64,000 nt of DNA from an uncultured delta proteobacterium (lineage in GTDB: Bacteria; Bdellovibrionota; FAC87; UBA2466): NCBI GenBank assembly GCA_963778115.1, contig CAVZSV010000005.1, positions 1-64,000 of the forward strand. Reading direction: 5' to 3'. Positions 36,271 to 48,406 of the stretch are shown one piece after another. The position numbers and the translations under genes are program-made. How positions within the stretch are numbered: the first letter of the stretch is position 1; the number at the start of each line of letters is the position of its first letter. The notes under the pieces were generated by a model. That model had not been told where the DNA came from, did not search any database, and worked only from the letters and a program-made list of their open reading frames with translations.

Positions 36271-37707
36271 ATGTCCGTCACCACGATCGACCAGCCAGGT
36301 ACGCTCACCGCCCTGCTCACTTTATCCACCGGCGAAGATTATGTCATTCAGCATGACACCTCTTCTACCGCCGCTGTCGTTGTCACCCTGACACCCACCG
36401 TCGGCCTGACGCTGGGCGATATATATACCGTTCAGGACGGTGCAACACTCGTGGCGGAAACTGGAATTTCCGCTGGTTTTGGCAACGAATTTGTCATCGG
36501 GCCGGGTGGAACATTCGAGCAGTTATCCGGGCTTGGCGCAAACGTGCTGAGCGAGGTTTCGTTTGCGGGCGGAACCGTTGGGGGAGAACTCGTGATCGGC
36601 ACGGGCATCAGCCTGTCCGTGCTCAGCAGTATTTCCGGATTCAGCAATCATGACACGATCGACCTGCAGGGTATCGGCACGCCCGTCAGCTTTACGGATT
36701 CCTACAGCGCCGGCGACACGTATTTTACCATCACGACAGGTTCCGGAACCGATACGTTCGAACTTCACGGCAACCTCACAAACAACACCTTCTCGCTGGC
36801 ATCAGACGGCAATGGCGGCATCCTGTTCGTCGATGCGCCCTGCTTCTGCGAAGGTACGCTGATCCGGACGGAGACGGGCGAAACCCGTGTGGAGCAGCTC
36901 CAAATCGGCGACATGGTGCAAACCCATAGCGGTGCTGCACGGCGGATCAAATGGATCGGCAACCGGAGCTATGACGGCAAATTCATCGCGGGCAACCATC
37001 TGATGCTGCCCATCTGCATCAAGGCCGATGCCATCGCGGACGGCGTGCCCGCGCGCAACCTGCATGTCTCCCCGGGCCACGCAATCTATTGCTCCGGCAC
37101 GTTGGTGCCCGCTTGGAGGCTGGTAAATGGCGTTAGCATCACCCAGGCTGAGCAGGTCGACCGGGTGACCTATTACCATGTCGAGCTTGAGAGCCATGAC
37201 GTGATTTTCGCCGAAAACTGCCCGGCGGAGAGTTTTCTCGATGATACGGGCTTCCGCGGCCAGTTCCACAACGCCGCCGAGTTCTCTGCGCTTTATCCCG
37301 AGGACAAAGCCGCACCGGGCTTGGAGCGGACAGAAAGCGGGTATTTGCTGGCTGCCATCCAACGCCAGCTTGCTGCCCGTGCAGGCGTGGTTCTACCGAC
37401 CTTACAGATCGGCGCGCTGCAAGGCTTCGTCGACCAGGCGGGGCCCTGCACGGTCTCCGGGTGGGCGCAAAACGCTGATGCGCCGGAAGCCCCCGTCTCC
37501 CTGGATATTATAAACAATGGCCGCCGCGTGGCGCGTGTGCTCGCCAATCTCTATCGCGCGGATTTGCGCAAAGCGGGCCTGGGCAGTGGCTGCCATGGTT
37601 TTGAAGTCCACTTCCCCACCGGATTGAGCGGGCAGATCGAAGTTCGGCGCACGGTAGACCAAATCGCGCTCAATAGGACCACGGAAGCGATGGTCCGCGC
37701 GGCATAG
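36271..37707 (+). CDS. Hint-domain (bacterial intein-like) protein
   Basis: G/T/S-rich beta repeats, then PCFCEGTLI...VSPGHA...YYHVELESHDVIFAENCPAESF, then a C-terminal GWA...YRADL...GHGF-like domain. Confidence 0.88.
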   Translation: MSVTTIDQPGTLTALLTLSTGEDYVIQHDTSSTAAVVVTLTPTVGLTLGDIYTVQDGATLVAETGISAGFGNEFVIGPGGTFEQLSGLGANVLSEVSFAGGTVGGELVIGTGISLSVLSSISGFSNHDTIDLQGIGTPVSFTDSYSAGDTYFTITTGSGTDTFELHGNLTNNTFSLASDGNGGILFVDAPCFCEGTLIRTETGETRVEQLQIGDMVQTHSGAARRIKWIGNRSYDGKFIAGNHLMLPICIKADAIADGVPARNLHVSPGHAIYCSGTLVPAWRLVNGVSITQAEQVDRVTYYHVELESHDVIFAENCPAESFLDDTGFRGQFHNAAEFSALYPEDKAAPGLERTESGYLLAAIQRQLAARAGVVLPTLQIGALQGFVDQAGPCTVSGWAQNADAPEAPVSLDIINNGRRVARVLANLYRADLRKAGLGSGCHGFEVHFPTGLSGQIEVRRTVDQIALNRTTEAMVRAA

Positions 37708-37720
37708 AGCCGATGCTGGC

Positions 37721-37751
37721 CCATGCGGCGGGAATGATTCCCGCCGCATGG
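37721..37751 (+). terminator. Hairpin after the Hint-domain gene
   Basis: CCATGCGGCGGGAA pairs with TTCCCGCCGCATGG; T-run at about 37757. Confidence 0.65.
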
Positions 37752-37843
37752 CGGAATTTTTTCCAGATAAACGCAAAACATCCTCGACCAACGCAGTAAA
37801 GCGCGTCAGTCGAGGATGTTTGAGTTTTGGCTCTTGAAAAGAT

Positions 37844-37918
37844 TGGTGAGCCCGGTGGGGGTCGAACCCACGGCCATTCGATTAAAAGTCGAATGCTCTA
37901 CCACTGAGCTACAGGCTC
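37844..37918 (-). tRNA. tRNA-Lys (anticodon TTT)
   Basis: GAGCCTGTAGCTCAGTGGTAGAGCATTCGAC-TTTTAA-TCGAATGGCCGTGGGTTCGACCCCCACCGGGCTCACCA; cloverleaf with encoded CCA. Confidence 0.97.
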
Positions 37919-38040
37919 TCCTGACGGGGGGTGAACCAGATTTATACCCCCCAAGTCAAGTGACAGGACCGGGAGGCAGCCTAATTTAACGGAAACCGTG
38001 GCCCGGCCCCAGTTAAATCAAGGCATGCCTCCCGGAGAAA

Positions 38041-38593
38041 TTAGCTCACCACCGTCATCTTGAGGATCGAATTCGGGATCGGCCACCGAGCCGCTCTGCC
38101 CGGCGCCCTTTTTGATCTGCTGCACGGCATCCATGCCCGCGGTAACCTGGCCGACGATGGTGTACTGGCCATCCAGGAAGGTCGCCGGTGCGAAGCAGAT
38201 GAAGAACTGGCTGTTGGCGGAGTTCGGATCGGACGTGCGGGCCATGCCGACGGTGCCGGTCAGGAAGCTCGCATCGTTGGTGAACTCGGCCGGCAGGTCC
38301 GGCAGGGAGGAGCCATTCATGCCGGTATTGGTCGGATCGCCCGTCTGCGCCATGAAGCCGGCGATCACGCGGAAAAACTTGCAGCCATTGTAAAAGCCCT
38401 GGGCGCTCAGCGTCCGCAGCCGCTCAGCGGCGAGCGGCGCCAGATCCGGCCGCAACTCGATGGTCACCGGACCATAGGTCAGCTCCATCAGCAAGGTGTT
38501 CGAGACAGCGGCGCCTGCGGATTCGGTCATCATCATTTCCGTTAAAAAAGGGGCTGCGCTTGCAGCGGTTAACAAGGTTCGACGTTTCAACAT
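38041..38593 (-). CDS. Cyclophilin-type peptidyl-prolyl isomerase with Tat-like leader (probable 3' frameshift)
   Basis: KRRTLL leader; FFRVIAGFMAQTGDP, GMARTSDPNSANSQFFI. Confidence 0.9.
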
Positions 38594-38595
38594 GG

Positions 38596-39099
38596 TCACT
38601 TCCTAAGTTTGGCCAATGTCCGTTCATGCGTAAGCTTGGGCACAAAGGAGGAAATGTCACCCCCGAGGGCCGCGATATCCTTCACAAAACGCGAAGAAAT
38701 GAACTGGTGATGTTCGCTCGCCATCAGGAACACGGTCTCGATCTTGCTGTCCAGCCGGTAATTCATCCCCGCCATCTGGAACTCGTAATCGAAATCCGAC
38801 ACCGCGCGCAGGCCGCGCACGATCATCTGCGCGCCGACCTCGTTGGCAAAGGCGATCAGCAGCGTCTCGAACGGCCGCACCAGGATCTCGGTGCCGGTCT
38901 TCGCGGCAATCGGCGCGATCTCCTCACGCACCAGCTCAGCGCGCTCTTCCAGGCTGAAAATCGGCCCCTTGCCGGCATTCATCGCAACGCCGACCACCAG
39001 CCTGTCCACCAGCCGCGCGGCGCGGGCGATGATATCGACATGCCCGTTGGTGATCGGGTCGAACGTGCCGGGATAGAGCGCGATGCGCGGCTCAGGCAT
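38596..39099 (-). CDS. coaD: Phosphopantetheine adenylyltransferase
   Basis: YPGTFDPITNGH, RGLRAVSDFDYE, ISSRFVK. Confidence 0.96.
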   Translation of the reverse strand: MPEPRIALYPGTFDPITNGHVDIIARAARLVDRLVVGVAMNAGKGPIFSLEERAELVREEIAPIAAKTGTEILVRPFETLLIAFANEVGAQMIVRGLRAVSDFDYEFQMAGMNYRLDSKIETVFLMASEHHQFISSRFVKDIAALGGDISSFVPKLTHERTLAKLRK

Positions 39100-41858
39100 C
39101 TTCACCCTCCTGGTCTTGGCCCGATTCCTGGTCCTGCCCGTTTTCCTGCTCCAGCACAGGGAACACGGAGGTAACACGCTCGTCATCGTCCAACCGGAAG
39201 AGGGTCACGCCCATCACGGAGCGGCCGGTGATGCGCACCTGGTCCACCGGCACGCGGATCAGCCGCCCGCCATCGGTCACCAGCATCACGTCATCGCCCA
39301 TCGCGCACCTGGAAGCTGGCGGCGACCGCCTTGCCGTTGCGGCGCGCATTCAGGGTGATGTTGGCAATGCCCTGCCCGCCACGGCCGGTGACGCGGTATT
39401 CATAGGCCGAGGAGCGTTTGCCGAAGCCCGAATCGGTGACGGTGAGCAGAATTTCCTCCGCCGCCGCCAGTTCGGCGATTCGCGCTTCCGGCAGGGCGAT
39501 ATCGGCGACCGCCTCGTCCGATTCGCCCTGTTCCGCCGCCTCTTCATCGCCGTTGCGGCGCTGTGCGACGGCATATTTCAGATAGGCCGCGCGTTCATCC
39601 GGCGTTGCGTCCACATGGCGCAGCACGGAGAGGCTCATCACCTCATCCTCCGCGCCGAGCTTGATCCCGCGCACGCCGGCCGAATCGCGGCCGGAGAACA
39701 CGCGCAGATTCTCGTCGGTAATCTGGAAGCGGATGCAGCGGCCAAGCTTGGTGGCCAGGAACACGTCATCGCCGTCCCGGCAGGTCGCGACACCGATCAG
39801 CCGGTCGCCCTCATCCAGCTTCATCGCAATCAAGCCCGGCGGCGCGAACATTGTTGAAATCCGCAAGCTTGTTCCGCCGCACGCCGCCGCTGGCGGTGGC
39901 AAAGACCAGATGCAGATTCTCCCACAGGCTCTCATCCTGCGGCAGCGGCAGCACGGTGGTGATCTCATCCTTGCCCAGTTCCGGCAGCAGATTGATCAGC
40001 GCGCGGCCCTTGGCGGTGGTGGTCGCTTCGGGAAGTCTCCAGACTTTCTCGCGGAAAGCCTTGCCGCCGGAGGAGAAGAACAGCACAAATTGATGCGTAT
40101 GCGCATTGAAGCTGCGGGTCACCACGTCATCGCCGCGCGTGGAAGTCGCCGAACGCCCGCGCCCGCCGCGATTCTGCGCACGGAAGGTTTCCAGCGAGGT
40201 GCGCTTGATGAAACCATCGCGCGTCAGCGTCACCACCATCTGGCCGGGCTCGATCAGGCTCTCATCATCCTGGTCGGTATCCAGATCCTCGATGGTGGAT
40301 TTGCGCGCCGAGGCGATTTTCAAGCGCGCCGCGATCAGCTCGTCGCGCATCACTTCCAGCCGGCGAATGCGCGAGCCGATGATTTCCAGAAGTTCCGTGA
40401 TCCGGGCCGCAACTTCCGTCAAGCTCGGCCTGGATCTTCTCGCGCTCCAGGCCGGTCAGCCGGGCCAGGCGCAGTTCCAGAATGCCGCGCGCCTGCGCAT
40501 CGGTCAGGCGCATGGTGTTATCGGCGCTGATGGTATTGCCGACATCGTCGATCAGCGCCAGCAACGGTGCGACATCTTCCGCCGGCCAGTGGCGTTCCAT
40601 CAGCGCCGCGCGCGCCGCGTTGGAATCCGGGCTGCCGCGAATGATCCTGATCACCTCATCGATATTCGCAACCGCCGTGGCAAGGCCGATCAGCAGATGC
40701 GCCCGGTCGCGCGCCTTGTTCAGCTCGAAGCGCGCGCGCCGCAGAATCACTTCCTCGCGGAATTCCACAAAGCAGACCAGCAGTTCTTTCAAACCCATCT
40801 GGCGCGGCTTGCCCTTATCCAGGGCCAGCATGTTGATGCCAAAACTGGTCTGCAGATTGGTGAACCGGTAGAGCTGGTTCAGCACCACCTCGCCGGTCGC
40901 ATCGCGCTTCAGCTCGATCACGATCCGCATGCCCTCGCGGTCGCTCTCATCGCGCAGATCCGCGATGCCTTCGATATCCTTCGCGCGCACCAGCTCCGCG
41001 ATGCGCTCCAGCAGCGTGGATTTATTCACCTGATACGGGATTTCCGTCACCACGATCGCATCGCGGTCCTTGCGGATCTGCTCGATGCTCGCACGCGCGC
41101 GGATGGTGATGGAGCCGCGCCCGGTCTCGAACGCCGAGCGGATGCCCGAGCGCCCGAGGATAATCCCGGAGGTCGGAAAATCCGGGCCCGGCACGATCGC
41201 CATCAGTTCTTCCAGCGTAATGTCGGGATTCTGCGATCAACGCCAGCGTCGCGTCCAAAATCTCGGCCGGGTTATGCGGCGGAATATTCGTCGCCATGCC
41301 GACGGCGATGCCGTTCGAGCCATTGATCAGCAGGTTGGGGAACGCGGCGGGGAGCACGCGCGGCTCCTGCTCGCTTTCATCGTAATTCGGCTGGAAATCG
41401 ACCGTATCCTTGTCGATATCGTTCAGCAGCAGCATCGCCGCCGGGTCCAGCCGCATTTCGGTATAACGCATCGCCGCCGGCATATCGCCGTCGATCGAGC
41501 CGAAATTCCCCTGCCCGTCGATCAGCGGCAGGCGCATCGAGAAATCCTGCGCCATACGCACGGCGGCCAGATAAATCGCGCTGTCGCCATGCGGATGGTA
41601 TTTACCCATCACGTCACCGGTCATACGCGCGGATTTGCGGTACGGCTTGTCGGGCGTGTTGCCGGCCTCGTTCATCGCGTACAAAATCCGCCGATGCACC
41701 GGCTTCAACCCATCCCGCGCATCCGGCAACGCGCGGGAGACGATAACGGACATCGCATAGTCCAGATAGGACTTGCGCATCTCCTGCTCGATCGAGACAG
41801 GCTCCATCCCGCGCGGCGGTTCGGCGCCGCCGCCGGCTTCGTCGGTGATATCGTTCAT
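39092..41858 (-). CDS. gyrA: DNA gyrase subunit A (at least four frameshifts)
   Basis: [28 protein letters not shown], GyrA box QNRGGRG, C-terminal pinwheel repeats across frames. Confidence 0.95.
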
Positions 41859-42046
41859 GTCAGATCATGCAGACGAGGGAGGAGGCGGCAAATGAGTTGC
41901 CGGACCGGAGGTAACACACTGAGATCATTAACAAATTTATCCTGAGTTCAGGGCAAACCATAGCATAAATCTGTCATGGTTACAAACCGCGCGGCAATTC
42001 AGGCAGGCCGACGGCCTGAAGCTTTCAGCCGCCTTGCACCTGCCGC

Positions 42047-42630
42047 TCAGTCGCAAGCCTTGCCGCCCGCAGCACCGCCCGCAAATCCGCGAGTGCGGTA
42101 TCGAAATCCGCGTTCTCCACGGTGAAATCGAACTCCTGCGCGTGGGCTCATTTCCGCCTCGGCATGGGCCATCCGCCGCTCGATCTGCTGCCGCATCATC
42201 GCCCCGCCCGACCAGCCGCGTCTCCAGCGCCTCCAGCGATGGCGGCTTGATGAACACGCCCACCACGTCCGCCGGCATCGCCGCGCGGAGCTGCCGGTAG
42301 CCCTGCCAGTCGATATCGAACAGCACATCGCCGCCCTGCTGCCAGCATGCGTCTCCACCGGCACCCGCGGCGTGCCGTAGGAGCGCCCGAACACATAGGC
42401 ATGTTCCAGCAGCGCGCCATTGCGGACCATCTCGTCGAATTTCTGCTGATCGACAAAATAATAATGCTTGCCTTCAACTTCTCCCATCCGCGGCGCCCGC
42501 GTGGTGACGCTGACCGAGAGCGAAGCTGCGGATCCTCGGCCAGCAGCGCCCGCGACAGCGAGGTCTTGCCCGCCCCGGAAGGTGCCGCCAGCACCAGGCA
42601 CAAGCCCCCGCGCTGCGGCGGATTATTCAA
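42047..42630 (-). CDS. gmk: Guanylate kinase (frameshifted; 3' end approximate)
   Basis: [37 protein letters not shown]. Confidence 0.9.
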
Positions 42631-43529
42631 TATTCGCCACCTGTTCGCGCAATTGCTCGACCACCGCCTTCAACCGCAGCCCGATCGAGGTCAGCTTCAG
42701 CGAAACCGACTTGCTGCAAAGCGTATTCACCTCGCGGTTGAATTCCTGCACCAGAAAATCGAATTTCCGTCCCACCCCGGCGGCCTCCGCCAGCAAGCAC
42801 CCGCGCCGCCGCGATATGCGACGCCAGCCGGTCCAGCTCCTCGCGCACGTCGGATTTGGTCGCCAGCAGCGCCACCTCCTGCGCGATCCGCTCCTCCGGC
42901 AGAGCCGGGCGTGCTGCCCAGGATCTCCGCCAGCTGCGCCATCAGCCGCGCCTTGTGCAAAGCCGGCTGCGTCGCCGCCTCCACCACCGCCTCGTCATGC
43001 AGCGCCGCAATCTCCTCCAGACTGCGCATCGACAATCCCGGCCAGCCGCGCGCCCTCACCTGCCCGCGCCGCCACCAGCCCGTCCAACGCGCTCGGCATA
43101 GCCAGCGCGCACCGCCGATTGCAGGGCCGCCTGCAATTCCTCGCTATCATCCTGCGCGCCGACATTGCGCATCACGCCCGGCAGCGCCAGCAGCAATTCC
43201 GCCCGCGGCGGCAAGGCGCCGGGGATATTGTCCGCCAGTTCGATCGCCAGCTCCTTCACCCGCTCCAGCGCCACCATATCCGCCGTCAGCCCGCTTGCCG
43301 CCTCGCGCTTCAGGCTCAACGTGCCCGAAACATTGCCGCGCTTGAGCTGTTTCGTCGTCGCAACCCGCGGAGCGGCGCTCCAGCCCGTCCAGCCCGAGAG
43401 CCAGCCGGAGTTTCAAATCCAGCCCCCGCCCATTGACGCTGCGCAGCTCCCAGATCCAGGCAATCGACCCGGCTTCGCCGCCACCTCGCCCTGCGCCCGG
43501 GCAAACCCGGTCATCGATGCCAGACCCAT
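42627..43529 (-). CDS. yicC: YicC/YloC-family endoribonuclease (heavily frameshifted)
   Basis: MGLASMTGFAR start, SVNGRGLD, DVREELDRL, QEFNREVNTLCSKS; precedes gmk. Confidence 0.85.
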
Positions 43530-43598
43530 TTCAGTTTTGCTTTCCGCATGCGTCACTCATGGGCTGGCGTCATAGCAGCCAGATGATAGGCTGCCCAT

Positions 43599-44364
43599 AT
43601 GTCCACACATAAACCATATAGCCACATCGCCATCACCGGCGCCTCCAGCGGTCTCGGCCGCGCATTGGCCATCGCCTATGCCGTCCCGGCGCCACCCTGC
43701 ACCTCACCGGCCGCGATGCCGCGCGCCTGGCCGAAGTCGCCGCCACCTGCCGCAAGCTGGGCGCTGACGGCGCATGCAAACCCTGGCCGACGTCACCGAC
43801 GCGCCGGCGATGGAAGACTGGGTGCTCGGCTGCCCGGCCGCTCGACCTCGTCATCGCCAATGCCGGCATTTCCGCCGGGCCACGGCGCCGCCAATGCCGA
43901 GACCCCGCGAAGATCCGCGCCATCCTCGCGACCAATATCGACGGCGCCTTCAATACCGCTTTGCCGCCATCGCCGCCATGTCGAAGCAGCCTTGGGCCCC
44001 GCAGTCGCATCGTGCTCATCGGCTCCATCGCCGGGCTGATCGCGCTGCCCACCACCCCCACCTATTCCGCCGCCAAGGCGGCGCTCGATTTCTGGGTATC
44101 CGCCACCGCCCCCAACCGGCCAAAGACGGCATCGCGCTCACCTTGGTGCGCCCCGGCTTCATCCGCACGCCGATGACCGCGAACAACCCCTACAAAATGC
44201 CCGGCATGATCGACGCCGATCAGGCCGCGAAAATCATCATCTCAGGCATCGCACGCGGCCAGACGACCATCACCTTCCCCCAATGGTTCGCCGCCTTTGC
44301 CCGGTTGGGGAACTGGATGCCTAAATCGATGTTTGCGAAGGTGCCGGGGAAGCCAGCGCAGTGA
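43599..44364 (+). CDS. SDR-family oxidoreductase (frameshifted)
   Basis: ITGASSGLG, ANAGIS, YSAAK, PGFIRTPMT. Confidence 0.85.
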
Positions 44365-44515
44365 AGGAAAGGAAGCGGTTCTTTTTTGAAAAAAAGAACC
44401 AAAAAACTTCTGTTTACTCTGGCGGTTGCGTGTGGCGCTGCCGGCGCCTCAAGCGTTGGCCCAGAGTAAAAAAGTTTTTTTGCTTCTTTTTGTTCACAAA
44501 AAGAAGTCCTTCCTT
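44364..44515. repeat. Structured AT-rich intergenic repeat, copy 1
   Basis: GGTTCTTTTTTG..AAAAAAGAACC-AAAAAACTT...AAGTTTTTT-GCTTCTTTTTG..CAAAAAGAAG; second copy at 53946-54091. Confidence 0.9.
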
Positions 44516-45257
44516 ACCTTGCTTCCAGCGCCGCCATCACGCCGTCCACAAGCTCCTTCCGGCAGATCAACACGTCCGGCAGATAAGGGTCAGGGCGGTT
44601 ATAGAGCAGAGGCGATCCATCGACGCGCGAGACATGGAACCCCGCCGCCTGAGCGACGGCTGCGGGGGCGCAGTTGTCCCATTCGTACTGGCCGCCGGTA
44701 TGCAGATAAATATCCGCCTCGCCGCGCAGCACGGCCATGGCTTTGGCGCCCGCCGAGCCCATCGGGACCAGCTCGGCGCCCAGTTTCTCCGCCACTGCCA
44801 GAGCCTCCGCTGCCGGGCGTGTGCGGCTGACCAGCATGCGGGGCTTGCCGAAATGAGGACCTGGCTGGGCCGGTAACTGAGCCGTGCAGAAGGTCACCCC
44901 CAAGCCGGGAAGCGCCACGGCGCCGATGCGCGCGACACCGTTCACGGCCAGGGCGACATGCACCGCCCAATCGGTCCGCGCCTCGCCATATTCGCGCGTG
45001 CCGTCCAGCGGATCGACGATCCAGACCCGCTCGCGCGCGCAACGCAGGGCAGAATCCTTCTCCTCCTCCGATAGAATTGCATCCTCCGGCCGGTTTTCCT
45101 TCAACGCCGCCATGATGAACGCATTGGCGACCCGGTCCCCGGCTTTGCCAAGCGCCTTGCCGTCGAACAACCGCGATGCCTGCAGGTTCAGCAACACTGC
45201 GCCTGCGGTCTCGGCGATACGACGCGCCAGCCGCGCGTCGTCCTCCAATGTGCTCAT
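44514..45257 (-). CDS. cysQ: 3'(2'),5'-bisphosphate nucleotidase
   Basis: [28 protein letters not shown]; follows cysNC. Confidence 0.9.
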   Translation of the reverse strand: MSTLEDDARLARRIAETAGAVLLNLQASRLFDGKALGKAGDRVANAFIMAALKENRPEDAILSEEEKDSALRCARERVWIVDPLDGTREYGEARTDWAVHVALAVNGVARIGAVALPGLGVTFCTAQLPAQPGPHFGKPRMLVSRTRPAAEALAVAEKLGAELVPMGSAGAKAMAVLRGEADIYLHTGGQYEWDNCAPAAVAQAAGFHVSRVDGSPLLYNRPDPYLPDVLICRKELVDGVMAALEAR

Positions 45258-47180
45258 TGCGCGCCACGCAGCAGATGATCGACGATCAATTCCGCCGCCG
45301 CTTCAGAACTCATGCGGGTCGTGTCGATATGGATCTCCGGGTTCACCGGTGGCTCATAAGGGCTGTCGATGCCCGTGAAATTCTTCAACGCGCCCGCGCG
45401 GGCCTTTTTGTAGAGCCCCTTCACGTCGCGCCGTTCTGCTTCGGCGAGCGGCGTATCGATATGGATTTCCACAAACTCGCCGGGCGGCAACATGTCGCGC
45501 ACCATCGCCCGCTCCTCCCGGAAGGGCGAGATGAAGGCGGTCAGCACGATCAACCCGGCATCGGTCATCAACCTCGCCACCTCGCCCACGCGACGGATAT
45601 TCTCCACGCGATCGGCGTCGGTGAAGCCTAGGTCCTTGTTCAGCCGGTGCCGGACATTATCGCCATCGAGCAGGAAGGTATGGCGGCCCAGCGCGTGCAG
45701 CCGCTTCTCGACCAGATTCGCGATGGTCGATTTGCCCGCACCGCTCAACCCCGTGAACCACAGCACTTTCGGCGACTGGTTCTTCGCCGCCGCATGCGCC
45801 TCGCGCGTTACATCCAGCGCCTGCCAATGCACATTCTGCGCACGGCGCAGCGCGAAATGCAGCATCCCCGCGGCCACGGTGGCATTCGTCAGCCGGTCGA
45901 TCAGGATGAACCCGCCGAGATCGCGGTTGTTCTGGTAGGATTCAAACACCAGCGGCTTGTCGGTGGAGAGCACGGCGACGCCGATGGCATTCAGCCCCAG
46001 CGTTTTGGCGGCCAGATGCTCCATCGTGTTCACCGCAACCTGGTATTTCGGCGCCTGCACCCGGGCCGCCACAGTCTGCGTGCTGATCTTCAGCCAATAA
46101 GGCCGCCCCGGCAGCATGTCCTCATCAGCCATCCAGACGATGGTTGCCTCGAACTGGTCGGCAACTTCCGGCGGGTTGTCCGCCTGCGCCATCACATCGC
46201 CGCGCGAGCAATCGATCTCTTCCGCCAGCGTCAGGGTGACGGATTGCCCCGCCACCGCCTTTTCCAGATCGCCGTCCAGCGTGACGATCCGGGAAACGGT
46301 GGAGGTTTTGCCCGAAGGCAGCACGCGCACCGCATCGCCCGGCTGCACCGTGCCGCTGACGATCATCCCGGAAAATCCACGGAAATTCAGGTTCGGCCGG
46401 TTGACCCATTGCACGGGCATACGGAACGGCCCGTTCTGCTGCGGCGACCTCATCAAGCTCAACCGTCTCCAGATGCTCCATCAGCGCGGGGCCTGAATAC
46501 CACGGCGTATTCTCCGACCGCGTCGTGATGTTATCGCCCGCCAGACCTGAAATCGGGATCGCCAGAAACTCGCCGATGCCAACCGTGTCCGCAAAAGCCC
46601 TGTAATCGGCGACGATCTTATCAAACACGCTCTGGTCGTAGCCGACCAGATCCATCTTGTTGATCGCCAGCACCAGCCGCTTGATGCCGATCAGATTGAC
46701 GAGATAACTATGCCGCCGCGTCTGCGTCAGCACGCCCTTGCGCGCGTCGATCAGGATGACGGCAAGATCCGCGGTCGAAGCGCCGGTGACCATGTTGCGG
46801 GTATATTGCTCATGGCCCGGCGTATCGGCGACGATGAATTTGCGCCGGTCAGTCGAGAAAAACCGATAGGCGACATCGATGGTAATGCCCTGCTCGCGTT
46901 CCGCCGCCAGCCCATCGACCAGCAGCGCGAAATCGATCGCCTTGCCCTGCGTGCCGACCCGCTGGCTGTCCGCCTCAAGCTGCGCCAGCTGGTCTTCGAA
47001 AATCATTTTCGAATCATAGAGCAGCCGGCCGATCAGCGTGGACTTGCCGTCATCGACCGAGCCGCAGGTGATGAACCGCAGCAGCGATTTATGCTGATGC
47101 TGGAGGAGATACGCATCGATATCCTCGGCAATGAGGTCCTGCGCTTTGTAGCTGCTATCGCCGGAAACCACGTTCGCCAT
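45254..47180 (-). CDS. cysNC: Sulfate adenylyltransferase subunit 1 / APS kinase fusion (frameshift near 46450)
   Basis: [22 protein letters not shown]-terminal [26 protein letters not shown]. Confidence 0.95.
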
Positions 47181-48092
47181 CAGAAATACCCCTCCTGCTT
47201 CTTCTTCTCCATGCTGGCCGCCTGGTCATGGTCGATCGCGCGGCCCTGGCGCTCGGAGGTTGTGGTGAGCAGCATTTCCTGAATCACTTCCGGCAGCGTC
47301 GCAGCCTGGCTCTCCACCGCGCCTGTCAGCGGGTAGCAGCCCAGCGTGCGGAAACGGATGGATTTCTGCTCCGGCACCTCGCCGGGATTGAGCCGGAAAC
47401 GTTCGTCATCGACCATCAGCAACATGCCGTTGCGCGTCACGGTCGGGCGCGGTGCCGCGAAATAGAGCGGCACGATCGGGATGTTCTCCAGATGGATATA
47501 TTGCCAGATATCGAGCTCGGTCCAATTGGAAATCGGAAACACGCGAATGCTCTCGCCCTTGGCCTTGTGCGCATTGTAGAGCCGCCACAATTCCGGCCGC
47601 TGGTTTTTCGGATCCCAGCGATGATTGGCCGAGCGGAAGGAGAACATGCGCTCCTTGGCGCGGCTTTTCTCTTCATCCCGCCGCGCGCCGCCGAAGGCCA
47701 CGTCAAAACCATATTGATCCAGCGCCTGCTTCAGCCCTTCGGTTTTCCATAAATCCGTGTGCAGGGAGCCATGGTCGAACGGGTTGATCCCCTTCGCCTC
47801 GGCTTCCGGATTTTGATACACCAGCAGATCCATGCCGCTCTCCGCCGCCATCCGGTCGCGGAGTTCGTACATCGCCTTGAATTTCCAGGTGGTATCGACA
47901 TGCAGCAGCGGAAAAGGCGGCGGGCTCGGGTAGAACGCCTTGCGCGCCAGATGCAGCATCACGGCGGAATCCTTGCCGACGCTGTACAGCATGACGGGTT
48001 TTTCGGCCTCCGAGACCACCTCCCGCATGATGTGAATCGACTTCAGCCTCAAGACGCTGCAAATGCGTCAGCCTTACGGCGCCTGTCAGCAA
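47180..48092 (-). CDS. cysD: Sulfate adenylyltransferase subunit 2 (frameshift near 48040)
   Basis: [39 protein letters not shown]. Confidence 0.95.
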
Positions 48093-48406
48093 GGCCTCAT
48101 TCTACCGTCTCCATTACGCGCGCCTCAAACCCGTTCTTCATCCAAGAAGGTCTGGACAGACGCGCCGCTTGAACGCTGTCCAGCCAACATCTTCCAAAAT
48201 CGCACGGGAACGCCCGCATGGCAAATTCCGGCGGAACGACCGAGGTTTGCGCGCTAAAACAGCGGTTAACTCATTGTTTTAAAACGATTTATTAAAATAC
48301 AAAACGCGTCGTCTTAGCCTTTTTGAGCGCATATCGGAACGCAGTCACAACAAATTCGCAGTAAATTTTTCTCCAAATCAAGCAGAGTTAATGTTTGGCG
48401 CCCGTT

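Noticed and set aside
37760..37918. tRNA-Lys as an island integration site
   Set aside because: No integrase nearby and no duplicated tRNA 3' end found in the window
39092..44364. True pseudogenisation of gyrA, gmk and yicC
   Set aside because: The lesions are indels in otherwise well-conserved genes, two of them essential, so sequencing error is more parsimonious until reads are checked
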